A stretch of DNA of 32,000 nucleotides, from contig SUPR01000007.1 in NCBI GenBank assembly GCA_005191425.1, positions 1 through 32,000 of the forward strand, given 5' to 3'. Positions 1-9,788 of this stretch are shown here, piece by piece (positions within the stretch are counted from its first letter, which is position 1; the number at the start of each line of letters is the position of its first letter). Under the pieces are notes generated by a model. The model was not told where the DNA came from and did not search any database. It was given only the letters and a program-made list of their open reading frames with translations. Origin of the DNA: Candidatus Helarchaeota ASGARD archaeon Hel_GB_B (lineage in GTDB: Archaea; Asgardarchaeota; Lokiarchaeia; Helarchaeales; HEL-GB-B). Position numbers and translations under genes: made by a program.

Positions 1-65
1 AACGTATTAACATTTAAAATATGAATTTATATATATTTTAAGAAATTTAAGATAACTAAGAACTA

Positions 66-398
66 TTAATCAGAAAAAAAACGCTTAAAATTCTTTTTAT
101 TCTTCTCTTTAAAAGCATTAATTACATCCTCAGGAGAAAATTTTGCTGAAATCCAAAATTGAAGTAGAAAATGCAAAATATCTATACTCTCCTCAAGAAT
201 TTTACTACGATCAATACTCTTTTTATCTTTCCACCATTTATATTGAAGTTCTGTTAATAATTCAGAACATTCAACTGACATAGCAACTACAACATTTCTT
301 AAAAATTCATCATTTTCTTGGATATTTCTTTCTTCAAAAATGCGGTCTCCTAACTTTTTTTGAAGATTCCAAATTTCTGTAAATGAATCATCTTTCAT
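66..398 (-). CDS. Dimeric (all-alpha NTP-PPase) dUTP diphosphatase, dUTPase_2 family
   Basis: 110 aa. Motifs ExxEL (VECSELLTELQYKWWK) and EExxDxxHF (ILEESIDILHFLL) are typical of dimeric dUTPases. Confidence 0.8.
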   Translation of the reverse strand: MKDDSFTEIWNLQKKLGDRIFEERNIQENDEFLRNVVVAMSVECSELLTELQYKWWKDKKSIDRSKILEESIDILHFLLQFWISAKFSPEDVINAFKEKNKKNFKRFFSD

Positions 399-495
399 AT
401 ATTTGTCCCAATAGTTTAAATTTTTAAATTTTTTTGATTAATTCAAATATGAATTAATAATTTAAAATGTATTAAACAAACAAAAAGAGAATAAA

Positions 496-1230
496 TTGAA
501 AATGTCTGTGATTTCTGAAGATATCAAGAAAATTTGTGATGCGTTAATAAAGTTAAAAGAAGGAACACGAATTATTAAAGGAAAAAAATATCCTATTGAA
601 TATATTGCTAAACTTTCCTTAAATTCTGATATTTCTAAATGGGACTATAATAATCCTGTTTTAATAATATTAGATGCAGTATTAACAATTAACCGAAATT
701 ATCTTACTTTTGTTAAGCCAAGAGTTTTGAGTTTTAAAGAAAATTATGACGAGATTAAAACTATTGAACAAATGTTAAATTTAATCCAAACTTTAGGATT
801 TGATAAATTTTCTAAGGAGGTATTAAAATATAACGATATGGAACGTATTTTGCTATTAAAAAGAGTACTTACCGAATTTAAAAATTATAAAATTGAAAAT
901 AATCTCCAGGACGATCTTGAAGCATTAAAGCACTGGGCTCAAAATATTGATATTAAAAAGCTAAAAACGGACAAAATTTATAATATCAAGGGAATCGGGC
1001 TTTCGACTGTCCAATACCTACGAATGCTAATAGGCGTTAACACAATGATGCCTGACCGTCATATTAAATCTTGGGTTATGGAAATTCTAGGTGTAGATAA
1101 ATTGGGCGAGAAAAAATATATAAAATTTTTAGAACAGGTTAGCGAAATCTTAGGAATACCTTGCAAAGAAATTGTTGAATACATTTGGGCATTAAAAAAC
1201 CCAAAGATACCTGATTTAGAAAAGGAATAA
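496..1230 (+). CDS. HhH-GPD / endonuclease III-like DNA glycosylase family protein without Fe-S cluster
   Basis: Helix-hairpin-helix IKGIGLSTVQYLRML followed by a conserved Asp in MMPDRHI. No C-terminal Cys cluster. Alternative ATG start at 502. Confidence 0.6.
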   Translation: MKMSVISEDIKKICDALIKLKEGTRIIKGKKYPIEYIAKLSLNSDISKWDYNNPVLIILDAVLTINRNYLTFVKPRVLSFKENYDEIKTIEQMLNLIQTLGFDKFSKEVLKYNDMERILLLKRVLTEFKNYKIENNLQDDLEALKHWAQNIDIKKLKTDKIYNIKGIGLSTVQYLRMLIGVNTMMPDRHIKSWVMEILGVDKLGEKKYIKFLEQVSEILGIPCKEIVEYIWALKNPKIPDLEKE

Positions 1231-1231
1231 A

Positions 1232-1939
1232 GTGAAGATAATATTGCTTTATATAATTTTTGTAGAGAGTAGCCTTGAACTCATCCCAAAATCTTTTGAA
1301 ACAGACCCTTTTATTTTAAAATACGCAAAAAAAGTCCGCAAAAATCCTAATAATTTGATTTTAGATATATCAAACCACAATAAAATAATCAGAAGATTGA
1401 AAAACCATGAAAAAAGAGGTAGACCTGATATTATCCATCAATGTCTTTTATATGCATTGAATACTCCTCTAAACAGAATTGGTCAATTATTAATTTATAT
1501 CCATACAATTAATGACCAAATTATTAAAGTAAATCCCGAATTGAGAATTGCTAGAAATTATAATAGATTTATTGGGATTATGGAGCAACTTTTTAGATAC
1601 GGTAAAGTACCTCCTCGTGGTGCCCCTTTATTAGAGATAGAACAAATATCATTAGGATCATTAATTTCGCAAATAAAAGCTAATGAGGTCTTAATATTAA
1701 CAGAAAATGGCACCCCTACATTAATAAACGATCTTTTTAAAGATACTAATATTAAAAAATCATACATAATACTTATTGGTGCATTTGCTAAAGGATATTT
1801 ACGTAAAAATATTTTAAATTTATCCACAAAAAGAATTAAAATTTTCCCAGAACCACTTGACTCATTAATAGTTTTATCAAAAATAATAAATGGATATGAA
1901 AACGCAATTAAATTATATGAGAATAAATTAAATTTGTAA
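1232..1939 (+). CDS. nep1: 16S rRNA pseudouridine N1-methyltransferase Nep1/Emg1 (SPOUT)
   Basis: Signature ESSLELIP...KRGRPDIIHQCLLYALNTPLN, VNPELRIARNYNRFIGIMEQL and IGAFAKG. Confidence 0.93.
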   Translation: MKIILLYIIFVESSLELIPKSFETDPFILKYAKKVRKNPNNLILDISNHNKIIRRLKNHEKRGRPDIIHQCLLYALNTPLNRIGQLLIYIHTINDQIIKVNPELRIARNYNRFIGIMEQLFRYGKVPPRGAPLLEIEQISLGSLISQIKANEVLILTENGTPTLINDLFKDTNIKKSYIILIGAFAKGYLRKNILNLSTKRIKIFPEPLDSLIVLSKIINGYENAIKLYENKLNL

Positions 1940-1956
1940 AATAAGTTGATTAAAAA

Positions 1957-2643
1957 ATGAACAAAAATGAACCATTATTTATCTATTTTATACCTATGAT
2001 AAATGAAGACAATAGAGAAGTAATATTCTCTACAACAATAAATGAATTTGAGATTAATAATAATAACTCTGATACTGTAGTAATTATAATGCCGGAAAAT
2101 TTTTACATTAAAAATGAAGATCAAGGTGAAGTAAATGAAGACTCGAACCATATCGTAAAAATGATGTTTTATAATTTGATTGAAAATTTTAAGTCGCTTT
2201 TACTTTTCGATAAGATTATCATTTTTCATAATAATATGCTAGACGAATATGGTAAACTCCTTTCTGAGATTAAAAACAAAACACAAGCAGAATCATCAAT
2301 TATTATCGATATAATTAAAATTTCAAGGAAATTTTATAGGAGATTAGAAGATTTTAATTATGTTGATAAAAAAATGTTTGATGCAATTAGAAAATATCAT
2401 AAAAAAACAGGTCTGGTCGATTTTGACGAAACAGATGACCTTCAAAAAATAATATTTGACCAAATTGTAAAAAATCGAAAAATTTTATTAGAACGGAAAA
2501 ATAAATTGAAAAAAAATATTAGTAATGTCACCGTTGGAATTATGGGAAAAACATTTGAAATCCAAGCAAATGAAAATTGGAATAAGATGAAAGAAAAAGG
2601 GAAAATTCTTTATTACCCACCAGGAATATTGCCGGTTGACTAA
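1957..2643 (+). CDS. Hypothetical protein
   Basis: 228-aa ORF with ATG start, 17 bp after the nep1 stop. No family recognised. Confidence 0.65.
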   Translation: MNKNEPLFIYFIPMINEDNREVIFSTTINEFEINNNNSDTVVIIMPENFYIKNEDQGEVNEDSNHIVKMMFYNLIENFKSLLLFDKIIIFHNNMLDEYGKLLSEIKNKTQAESSIIIDIIKISRKFYRRLEDFNYVDKKMFDAIRKYHKKTGLVDFDETDDLQKIIFDQIVKNRKILLERKNKLKKNISNVTVGIMGKTFEIQANENWNKMKEKGKILYYPPGILPVD

Positions 2644-2860
2644 TTTAAAGAGTCAATTGATATAATTTTATTAAAAAATTAATTTAAGAAATCTGAAAAA
2701 ACCTGATAAAGAAAAAGAAGTATCAAATTAAATTAAATTTCGTCAAAAAATGCTTCAAATTCTTGAAAATAGGTATTATTACAATAAATATTACCATTAG
2801 ATTAATTTTAAATATCTCGAACTTAACTCGTCTCGGTTATTAAGTTTTTAATTCATATAT

Positions 2861-3529
2861 CTAATTTAACTTTATTTCCCCCATTGCAATAATTAATTCT
2901 TCTGAATACAATCTTCTGTTATCAGAATTAAATTCGTATTTTACATCCACTAATAAATTCTCAATAGACAAAAGTTTCCACTTATTACATTTGTAGATAT
3001 TATTACTACCACTACGTCCATCAACATAAATTTCATAGGAAATAACAAAATGATGGGCATCTTTTGTAATTTTAAAATCTTCTGAAGGTGATAAGTAAAA
3101 GGATCGTTGTGTTGTATTTATATTTTGAACATTGTGTGTCTTACATTCTAAATAATTTAATCTACCAAATTGATCAATGAATTCAATATCTGGATAACCC
3201 ACAACTTTTCTTTTACCACTTATTGCAGCAGGAATGGATGATTTATATCCATAATTATCTAAAGCTTCTCTAACAAATGGCTCAATATCGTTTCCAACTT
3301 CATTAGGTCTAGGTCTATGTATTCCTTCCTTGTTTATCTTGATCCCTGCTAAATTAGCTACTTTAATTAATCCATCTAAAACTGCTCGATCTTTAGGATC
3401 TTTTGGATTATAGGGCAGAATTTTAAACCCAGAAATTGATTCGATTACCAAGTTTAAAGGAATATTCTTAATTGGTTTGAGCATCTGCTTGATTACATCT
3501 TCTAACCGTTTCACATATTCTTTATTCAT
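2861..3529 (-). CDS. Type II restriction endonuclease (PD-(D/E)xK)
   Basis: GYPDIEF...YLECKT catalytic motif. The ATG (MNKEYV) at 3529 lies 1 nt after the MTase stop; the ORF track extends the gene to 3556. Confidence 0.8.
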   Translation of the reverse strand: MNKEYVKRLEDVIKQMLKPIKNIPLNLVIESISGFKILPYNPKDPKDRAVLDGLIKVANLAGIKINKEGIHRPRPNEVGNDIEPFVREALDNYGYKSSIPAAISGKRKVVGYPDIEFIDQFGRLNYLECKTHNVQNINTTQRSFYLSPSEDFKITKDAHHFVISYEIYVDGRSGSNNIYKCNKWKLLSIENLLVDVKYEFNSDNRRLYSEELIIAMGEIKLN

Positions 3530-3530
3530 C

Positions 3531-4805
3531 TTAATCCTCTCGATGAAACAAAACAATACGGTTTGTATTTGTACCTGAATCCATGTTATTAATTCCCCAA
3601 ATATTGGAAGTTTTTGTAAATTTCTGTAAATTTATTATTATACCTTCACACTGAAATCCTGCTTTTAATCCGAGAGGAACAACATATTCATCGAGTTTGA
3701 TTTTTCCTTTCCTCACTTCTCCTACTTCAAAAGCAACCCAACCCCCAATTTGTGTAATTCGATATAATTCTTTAAATACATCTTCCATAACAGCAGACCA
3801 TTTATCAATTGTCTTCGCCATAGTTATTTTTTTAGAGATTTCTTGTAGATCAATTGAATTGAACCAGCATCTTAACCAGTTATCCTTAGAATATTGAACT
3901 ACATCTAAAAATGGAGGAGAAGTTACTGTCAGTTGAACAGATTCCGATTCTATTTCAACTGTATTTCTTGCATCTTTCTCTAAAAACAATGCCGATTCAC
4001 CTGCTTCTCTAAGGTTTTGTTTTTGTTTATCACTTAAATTTCGGAGAAGTGCTCTTGATTTTCTAAGTATTAGTTCTCGTGTATTTCTGTAATCTGGTTC
4101 TTGATTACGTTTTTTGTTAATTTTAATTTGTCTTTCGGGTGAAATAGCTTGATTTGGTGGAAGAGTATATATGGAGAAAAAACCCTTGGAATGGCCTGTT
4201 AGTCTATTGGTGGCAACCATGCGAATCCATCTGTCTATATAATCTTCTTCCCCAGATAACCTACGATTCGTTAGATATTTCTTTAAAGAAACTAATTCCG
4301 CTTCAGTATCCGGATGATAAAACATAGACAAATCAATATCGGCTCTAAGACTTTTATCAAAAGGGATCTGCATTAATCTATCCTTTAAATTCTTCAAATT
4401 TGGAATAAAGAATCTAGGTGCTGTCAGAATCCCACTTAATGGATTAACATCATTTGAAATTATCTTTCTTCCTAATAACCCAGCTTCAATGACTGTAGTC
4501 CCTCTTCCACTGAAAGGATCAAATACAATATCATTCTTTTTTGTAAATAATTTTATAAAAAAACGAGGCAATTGAGCTTTAAAACATGCTCTGTACGAGA
4601 TTTCATGGATTGATGATGCTTGTCTTTGCTTGGAAGTCCAAAATTCATTAATATATTTGGTAAATATTTCTCCATTAATTGAAATATTTTCTACTTTTGT
4701 TTTTGGAGCACTACCTATGAAATTATCAAGATTTCGTCTTAAAGTAAAATTCTTTAAATACTCAGAAACATTTTCTGTGCTTTTCAAAAGCATGAATAAT
4801 TTCAC
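3531..4805 (-). CDS. Amino-DNA methyltransferase, probably N4-cytosine, alpha motif order
   Basis: Motif I DPFSGRGTT precedes motif IV TSPPF (SPPY-like). Alternative ATG start at 4793. Coupled to the REase. Confidence 0.88.
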   Translation of the reverse strand: MKLFMLLKSTENVSEYLKNFTLRRNLDNFIGSAPKTKVENISINGEIFTKYINEFWTSKQRQASSIHEISYRACFKAQLPRFFIKLFTKKNDIVFDPFSGRGTTVIEAGLLGRKIISNDVNPLSGILTAPRFFIPNLKNLKDRLMQIPFDKSLRADIDLSMFYHPDTEAELVSLKKYLTNRRLSGEEDYIDRWIRMVATNRLTGHSKGFFSIYTLPPNQAISPERQIKINKKRNQEPDYRNTRELILRKSRALLRNLSDKQKQNLREAGESALFLEKDARNTVEIESESVQLTVTSPPFLDVVQYSKDNWLRCWFNSIDLQEISKKITMAKTIDKWSAVMEDVFKELYRITQIGGWVAFEVGEVRKGKIKLDEYVVPLGLKAGFQCEGIIINLQKFTKTSNIWGINNMDSGTNTNRIVLFHRED

Positions 4806-4886
4806 TAATACTTAAAATAATTTATGAATTTATCTTTATTTTGGTAAAACTTTATGTTTTTTACCTTCATAAATTTTTTGGTATTT

Positions 4887-6260
4887 TCACCAAAAATAGA
4901 AGGTTGGACAATTAATTCTGTCCTCTCTGGCAATTTTTAACGCTACTATGTTTACACACAATATAATGTTATAATTATAAGTATTGTGTTAAAATTAATA
5001 GCATCGATACCCCCCAATCTAGACTGTTCTAAACTTAATTGCATGGTCATTAATCCAAATAAAGTTTTGTTCAATGATTTTTTTTGAATTTAGTTTTTTT
5101 CTTTTAATCATTTCAAGTTTAATCTCTATATTTTCTCTTATGATTAATTTATTTTTAATTCTTTTACCTTTTAATTGCTTCTCGTTTTTATATAACCTAT
5201 ATATTTTATCTTTAATTGTTGTATCTATTCTCTATTCTAATAGACACTCTTCAATCGTCTCTATTATTGGCTGGAGTATACCAGAATTGTGTATTTAGCT
5301 GAAGTTCTTATAAAGGCTAAAAAACTGAAATTTCTTTAAAATAATAAGATACACTTTATAACCAAAATAATATTTATCTTTCGACGCATAATAACCTGTT
5401 TTGGTTTCTTGCTTAATGGTCGAATATTTTTTCCGTAGTATATCAAAAAAACACTTTAAATTTTTAGATACCTAATATATATCATCAATACTCATTCGAA
5501 AAAATTTGGCGATCTTGCTAATTATTTTATACATAATGGCATTAAATCTGAAAATTTTTTCCAATTTTTGTAATATCGATTTTATGGAGAGTTGGACTGG
5601 AAATTTATCCACAAATCCGAAAATTTTATGAATATCTTTCTCCCCTCTTACGAAATTGTAAGTAGAATGAAAAGAGAAAAAACCACTTGCTAGTTTAAAA
5701 ATCAGGAATGCAATTATAGAAACCAATGAATAATGGGTAGTTATATGTATATGCGAATTAAACCATGAAATAATATTTTTTAAGTTTAGATATCGATAAT
5801 AAAACCTTAATTTTCTCTATACCAAAACAATGCATTTTAGTCCCCTCATAAAATTTGCATACAACTTTATGGGTGCTGAATCGATTATCAATTCATTAAT
5901 ATCTGTTAAATCTAATTCAATTGCTATCTTAATGATTTTAATCAATATATTTATCAACTATTCAGATTCTAATCATTTCCTAAAATCGTATATTGTTTCG
6001 TTTGATGGCACATAATTAAACCCAAACGTCGCTAACAGCTCTGGATTATGGTGCATTTCCCATTCTAATGTTCTATATGAAACATCATCTTTAATTTTGC
6101 ATATAAATGTGCATCGACCATTCTCAGCATTGAAAATGGTTTTCTTCTTGGGCCACCATCTCTTTTTTAATAAATATCTTTTTGTAAAATGTTACAGACT
6201 TGCTCTAAAATGGCATCTAATAAAATTGAAAATTCTTCAATGATAGAACTCGAATTATAT
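4887..6260 (-). mobile_element. Degraded IS (IS5/IS982/IS1182-like DDE_Tnp_1 transposase pseudogene)
   Basis: Manual minus-strand translation across stops and frameshifts gives GGPRRKPFSMLR (~6162-6125), SYRTLEWEMHHNPELLATFGFNYVPSNETIYDFRK* (6080-5973), LIIDSAP (D at 5882-5880), TGYYASKDKYYFGYKVYLII (~5400-5341), IKDKIY (D at 5210-5208), IIEQNF (E at 5072-5070) and a C-terminus ...CPTFYFW* ending at 4887. Confidence 0.75.
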
Positions 6261-6719
6261 CAATTATTTATGGATAAAAATAATTTATTAAATTATAAAT
6301 AAATAGTTGAATTTTCTTGGTTTATAGTTTGTGCTTCCATTGCTTTAATTTCAACTCGAGTAATGATTTAGACTTACAATTACTTTCGTAATATTCAAAT
6401 AATTAAATGAATATTATCCAGGTAGCATGTCCAATAAAAATCTAATTTTCACTATTATACATGTCATACCGACAAAAACTAAGAAAATTCTGTATAGAAA
6501 CTTTTAAGATAAGGTCTTCACTAACATCCATAATATTTATAGTACTTAAATATTAATAAAACAACAATATTTTGACAGTTTCTTATGATCATAATAATAT
6601 TCTCTAAAATCTACCCTAAAAACTTTCTGATCTTTTCCCTAATTTACACTATAAAATAATTATCTAACTTATATTCAAATTTATATCAATAAAAATCAAT
6701 TAAAATTAACTAACTAGAA

Positions 6720-7530
6720 TTTTGATCAAAAAATTAATTTCCAAATATTTCTTGTGTCTGTTCTTTTTGGGTTCTATTTATTAATTGTAAGTGATTATAG
6801 TTCTTCCATAATCTGAAGGTTATATTTATAAATTTTACCTCTGATTTCCATGTTCACTTTTGGAATTACTCTTTAAGCCTAGAAATCTATTCATTATTTA
6901 GATAAACTTCTTATATTCTAATGATTGCTTGAAAATAAAGCCATACTTTCGCGGTCGGAAGTGTATCACCACTAATACTTCATTATTTCCCTCTTTAAGT
7001 CCTCTCAAATTCTTTAAAATGACTGAGTTCACCATTTTTCATTAAATATTTTTTAAAATTTTTAAAATAACCATCTGAACTGATGTTAATTTTATATTTT
7101 ATTACTTAGAATTAAATAGCGTGTTGTTTAAATTTACTTTTTAGCAATTAATCTACAGAAATTATTTCAAATTTTTCATGATGCAATAAGAGTATTAGTA
7201 ATATTATAGCGGTTATTGAAATGTTATTTTTTGAATTACATTCGTTTAAGGAATTTATTATTGGATTAAGTTGTACACCATCATTATTTCTAAATTATAT
7301 AAAAATTGGAAATAAGCATGTTTATTTCAAGATTATAAATTTGGGATTTGACTTACAAAATGCGGTATATTATTGTATATTGGACAAAAAATTAAAATAT
7401 AATTGGATAAATTTTAATCCTCGTAATTTCGAGATTAAAATAATACCTAGACCAACATCTCAACCAAATTATAATATTGCTATTGTGAATTGTAGAAATA
7501 CCAGTTATATCAAGCCTTTAATTAACTTTT
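6720..7530 (-). pseudogene. Second, more heavily decayed gene remnant, possibly another DDE transposase
   Basis: Minus-strand fragments LDITGIST (~7514-7491), NDGVQLNPIINSL (~7285-7247) and ISSDGYFKNFKKYL (~7084-7043). The last two are in the same frame, with many stops. Confidence 0.35.
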
Positions 7531-7535
7531 TAAAT

Positions 7536-8006
7536 TCATGAGTTCTTTTTTTTACGTTTTTTTCTAAGTTCTATAAATTCTACAACCAGACCAATCAATT
7601 TTTCGGTATCCAAATATACCCAATTAAGCAGACCTTTGGTTGCACCTCTTTGAATAACATTGATCCCTTTTTTATTAACTTCATCTACTGCTTTTTCCAG
7701 GTCATCTACATAAATTCCAATATGGTGTAATCCTGGACCGTGTTTATCAATGAATTCTTTTTGTAGACATGTTCCTTCAATTACTTCTACGACTTCAATG
7801 AGTTCAATTTGTATATTATTTAATCGGCATAATGCATTTTTTATATGAATTTTATTCCATTTATCTAAATAAAAAAAATCATCGATACCTCGGTCAAAAA
7901 TTTGAAACGGCCCAATACCGAACAATTCTTGAAATAATTTGGCGGTTGCTTCACAATCGTTAACAATAATCCCGATTTGATCTATTTTATCAAATTTTAA
8001 TACCAT
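7536..8006 (-). CDS. VOC/glyoxalase superfamily protein (methylmalonyl-CoA epimerase-like)
   Basis: Metal-ligand pattern IDQIGI / IQIELIE / GLHHIGI / VEFIE. GAGGT lies upstream of the ATG. Confidence 0.85.
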   Translation of the reverse strand: MVLKFDKIDQIGIIVNDCEATAKLFQELFGIGPFQIFDRGIDDFFYLDKWNKIHIKNALCRLNNIQIELIEVVEVIEGTCLQKEFIDKHGPGLHHIGIYVDDLEKAVDEVNKKGINVIQRGATKGLLNWVYLDTEKLIGLVVEFIELRKKRKKKNS

Positions 8007-8099
8007 AAATACTAAACCTCGTCAAAAACTAATTAAATATTTTAATCAACAGTTTTAAATAATTATTGAAATTAGAATAAAAAGATTATTAATAAAATA

Positions 8100-8717
8100 T
8101 TGATCGGTATTAGTAGAATGGCAATTTCCAGACTAAAACAAGATAAAATTGAAAAGTTAAAAAATTTTGCCATAAAAAACGGTGCGGAGAAAGTCTTAAC
8201 AAAATATATCTGTGCAAAAGATATTTTAATTCCTAATTGGCCTCATTTTAAATGTTTATTTGGTTGTGATGGATATGGTGCTTCATTATGCTGCCCTCCA
8301 TTTATTCCAACTCCAAATGAATGGCGAAAATTTATCAGTGAATATAATGATGCTCTTATAATTGGGTTTAATGCTGATGCAAATAATTTTTTGAGAAGCC
8401 TAAAGAAAGTGAATAAAATTCTAATTAAATTAGAGCGAGAAGCTTTTATGCTTGATTTACCTAAAGCATTTGTTTTATTTGCAGGCAGTTGTATGTTATG
8501 TAAAAAATGTGTTATTCATGAAAAAGATTTTCCCAAAAATATTGACCCACGAATAGCTAGAAGGTTTTGTAAACATTTAAGAAAAGCAAGGCCATCAATG
8601 GAAGGAATCGGAATTGATGTTTTTGCAACTTTAGCAAAAGTAGGAATTAAATTACATGTATTAGATATTAGCAATTTTGATAAATTTAGACAATTTGGAC
8701 TATTATTATTGGATTAA
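8100..8717 (+). CDS. DUF2284 family Cys-rich metal-binding protein
   Basis: CLFGCDGYGASLCCPPF, GSCMLCKKC and CKHLRKARPSMEGIGIDVFAT. Likely ATG start at 8118. Confidence 0.85.
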   Translation: MIGISRMAISRLKQDKIEKLKNFAIKNGAEKVLTKYICAKDILIPNWPHFKCLFGCDGYGASLCCPPFIPTPNEWRKFISEYNDALIIGFNADANNFLRSLKKVNKILIKLEREAFMLDLPKAFVLFAGSCMLCKKCVIHEKDFPKNIDPRIARRFCKHLRKARPSMEGIGIDVFATLAKVGIKLHVLDISNFDKFRQFGLLLLD

Positions 8718-9788
8718 TTGTCTAATATGTCAAATTATGGATATATTGGTGTTAAAATTATGAAAGAAATAATTAAACAATTTAGGACAGATATTGGCAG
8801 CTTACCATCTCTAGAAAAGCATGATATCCGGCAGGTTTCAACGCATCATAATGCTGGGCCTAAAAACCATATGGATTTTGTTGAGTTAGATGCACAAGAA
8901 TCATATAAATTTCCATTAATTGAAGGACCTGGAATTATAAATTGTATGTGGTTTACACTCAGTCCCTATTGGCGAGGAATTACTGGTATACTATGGAACC
9001 TATATAAATTTATGAAATATAGCCAAATGGACTCAATTAAAAAAGTACTTATAAGGGTCTATTTCGATGATGAGAAAAGACCAAAAGTAGAATCTCCACT
9101 AGGTGATTTTTTTGGAGTTGGTTATGGAAAATATGTCCATTATCATTCAAAATATCTTGGTATGACAAGCGGAGGTTTTTTAAGCTATTTCCCTATGCCA
9201 TTTAGAAAATTTTGTCAAGTTGAAATTGTGAACACCCATCCTAAATATAAAATCAAAAATTTCTATGGTGCAATTACATATGAGAAATTAGAAACATTTC
9301 CAGAGAATTTCGGATATTTTTATGCCACTTATAACGAAGAAATACCTTGTAAAAAAGATATACCATATACTATATTAGATACAAATGGTGAAGGGCATTT
9401 TGTCGGGACTACATTAAATATGCAAGGATATTCAAGAGGACTTTGGAATGGAATGCTTTTAGGAATGTTTTTTTTAGAAGGAAATTTGAACATTTTTAAA
9501 GACGATGACCCTGATAATATACCTTCTTATGAATGTACGGGAACCGAAGATTATTTTTTATCTGGCTGGTATTTTAATAAGAACAAATTTTATGCCCCAC
9601 TTCACGGTGTAACTGTTAGAACTAGACGTTGGGATGCATTATTTAGCAGGAGCAGAGTGACTGCTTATAGATTTCATGAACCTCCTATTTCTTTTAATAA
9701 AAAAATTAGAATAATTATTCATCATGGGGAATTTGATCAAGTAAAATCTGATTATAGTAGCGTTGCTTATTATTATAAAAGAAGATAA
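8718..9788 (+). CDS. DUF2961 / glycoside hydrolase family 172 protein
   Basis: GPGIINCMWFT, PKVESPLGDFFGVG, SYFPMPF, FFLEGN, TGTEDYFLSGWYF and AYRFH. Likely ATG start at 8760. Confidence 0.88.
   Translation: MSNMSNYGYIGVKIMKEIIKQFRTDIGSLPSLEKHDIRQVSTHHNAGPKNHMDFVELDAQESYKFPLIEGPGIINCMWFTLSPYWRGITGILWNLYKFMKYSQMDSIKKVLIRVYFDDEKRPKVESPLGDFFGVGYGKYVHYHSKYLGMTSGGFLSYFPMPFRKFCQVEIVNTHPKYKIKNFYGAITYEKLETFPENFGYFYATYNEEIPCKKDIPYTILDTNGEGHFVGTTLNMQGYSRGLWNGMLLGMFFLEGNLNIFKDDDPDNIPSYECTGTEDYFLSGWYFNKNKFYAPLHGVTVRTRRWDALFSRSRVTAYRFHEPPISFNKKIRIIIHHGEFDQVKSDYSSVAYYYKRR

Noticed and set aside
2861-4805. Assigning a named enzyme or recognition sequence to the R-M pair
   Set aside because: This cannot be supported without a REBASE search or methylome data.
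1558-4815. Antisense ORFs 1558..1827, 3697..3897 and 4630..4815
   Set aside because: They lie wholly or almost wholly opposite well-supported genes (nep1, MTase) and have no motifs.
5074-6015. Plus-strand ORFs 5074..5298 and 5830..6015, and minus-strand ORF 5472..5726 as stand-alone genes
   Set aside because: The plus ORFs are antisense shadows of the transposase pseudogene, and the minus ORF is one fragment of it.
4860-6400. Terminal inverted repeats or target-site duplication for the IS remnant
   Set aside because: No matching inverted copy of the 4880-4900 sequence was found by eye near the other end, so none is claimed.
7221-7541. 106-aa plus-strand ORF
   Set aside because: No recognisable motif. 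It overlaps the VOC gene end and lies opposite the decayed minus-strand remnant, so it is probably spurious.
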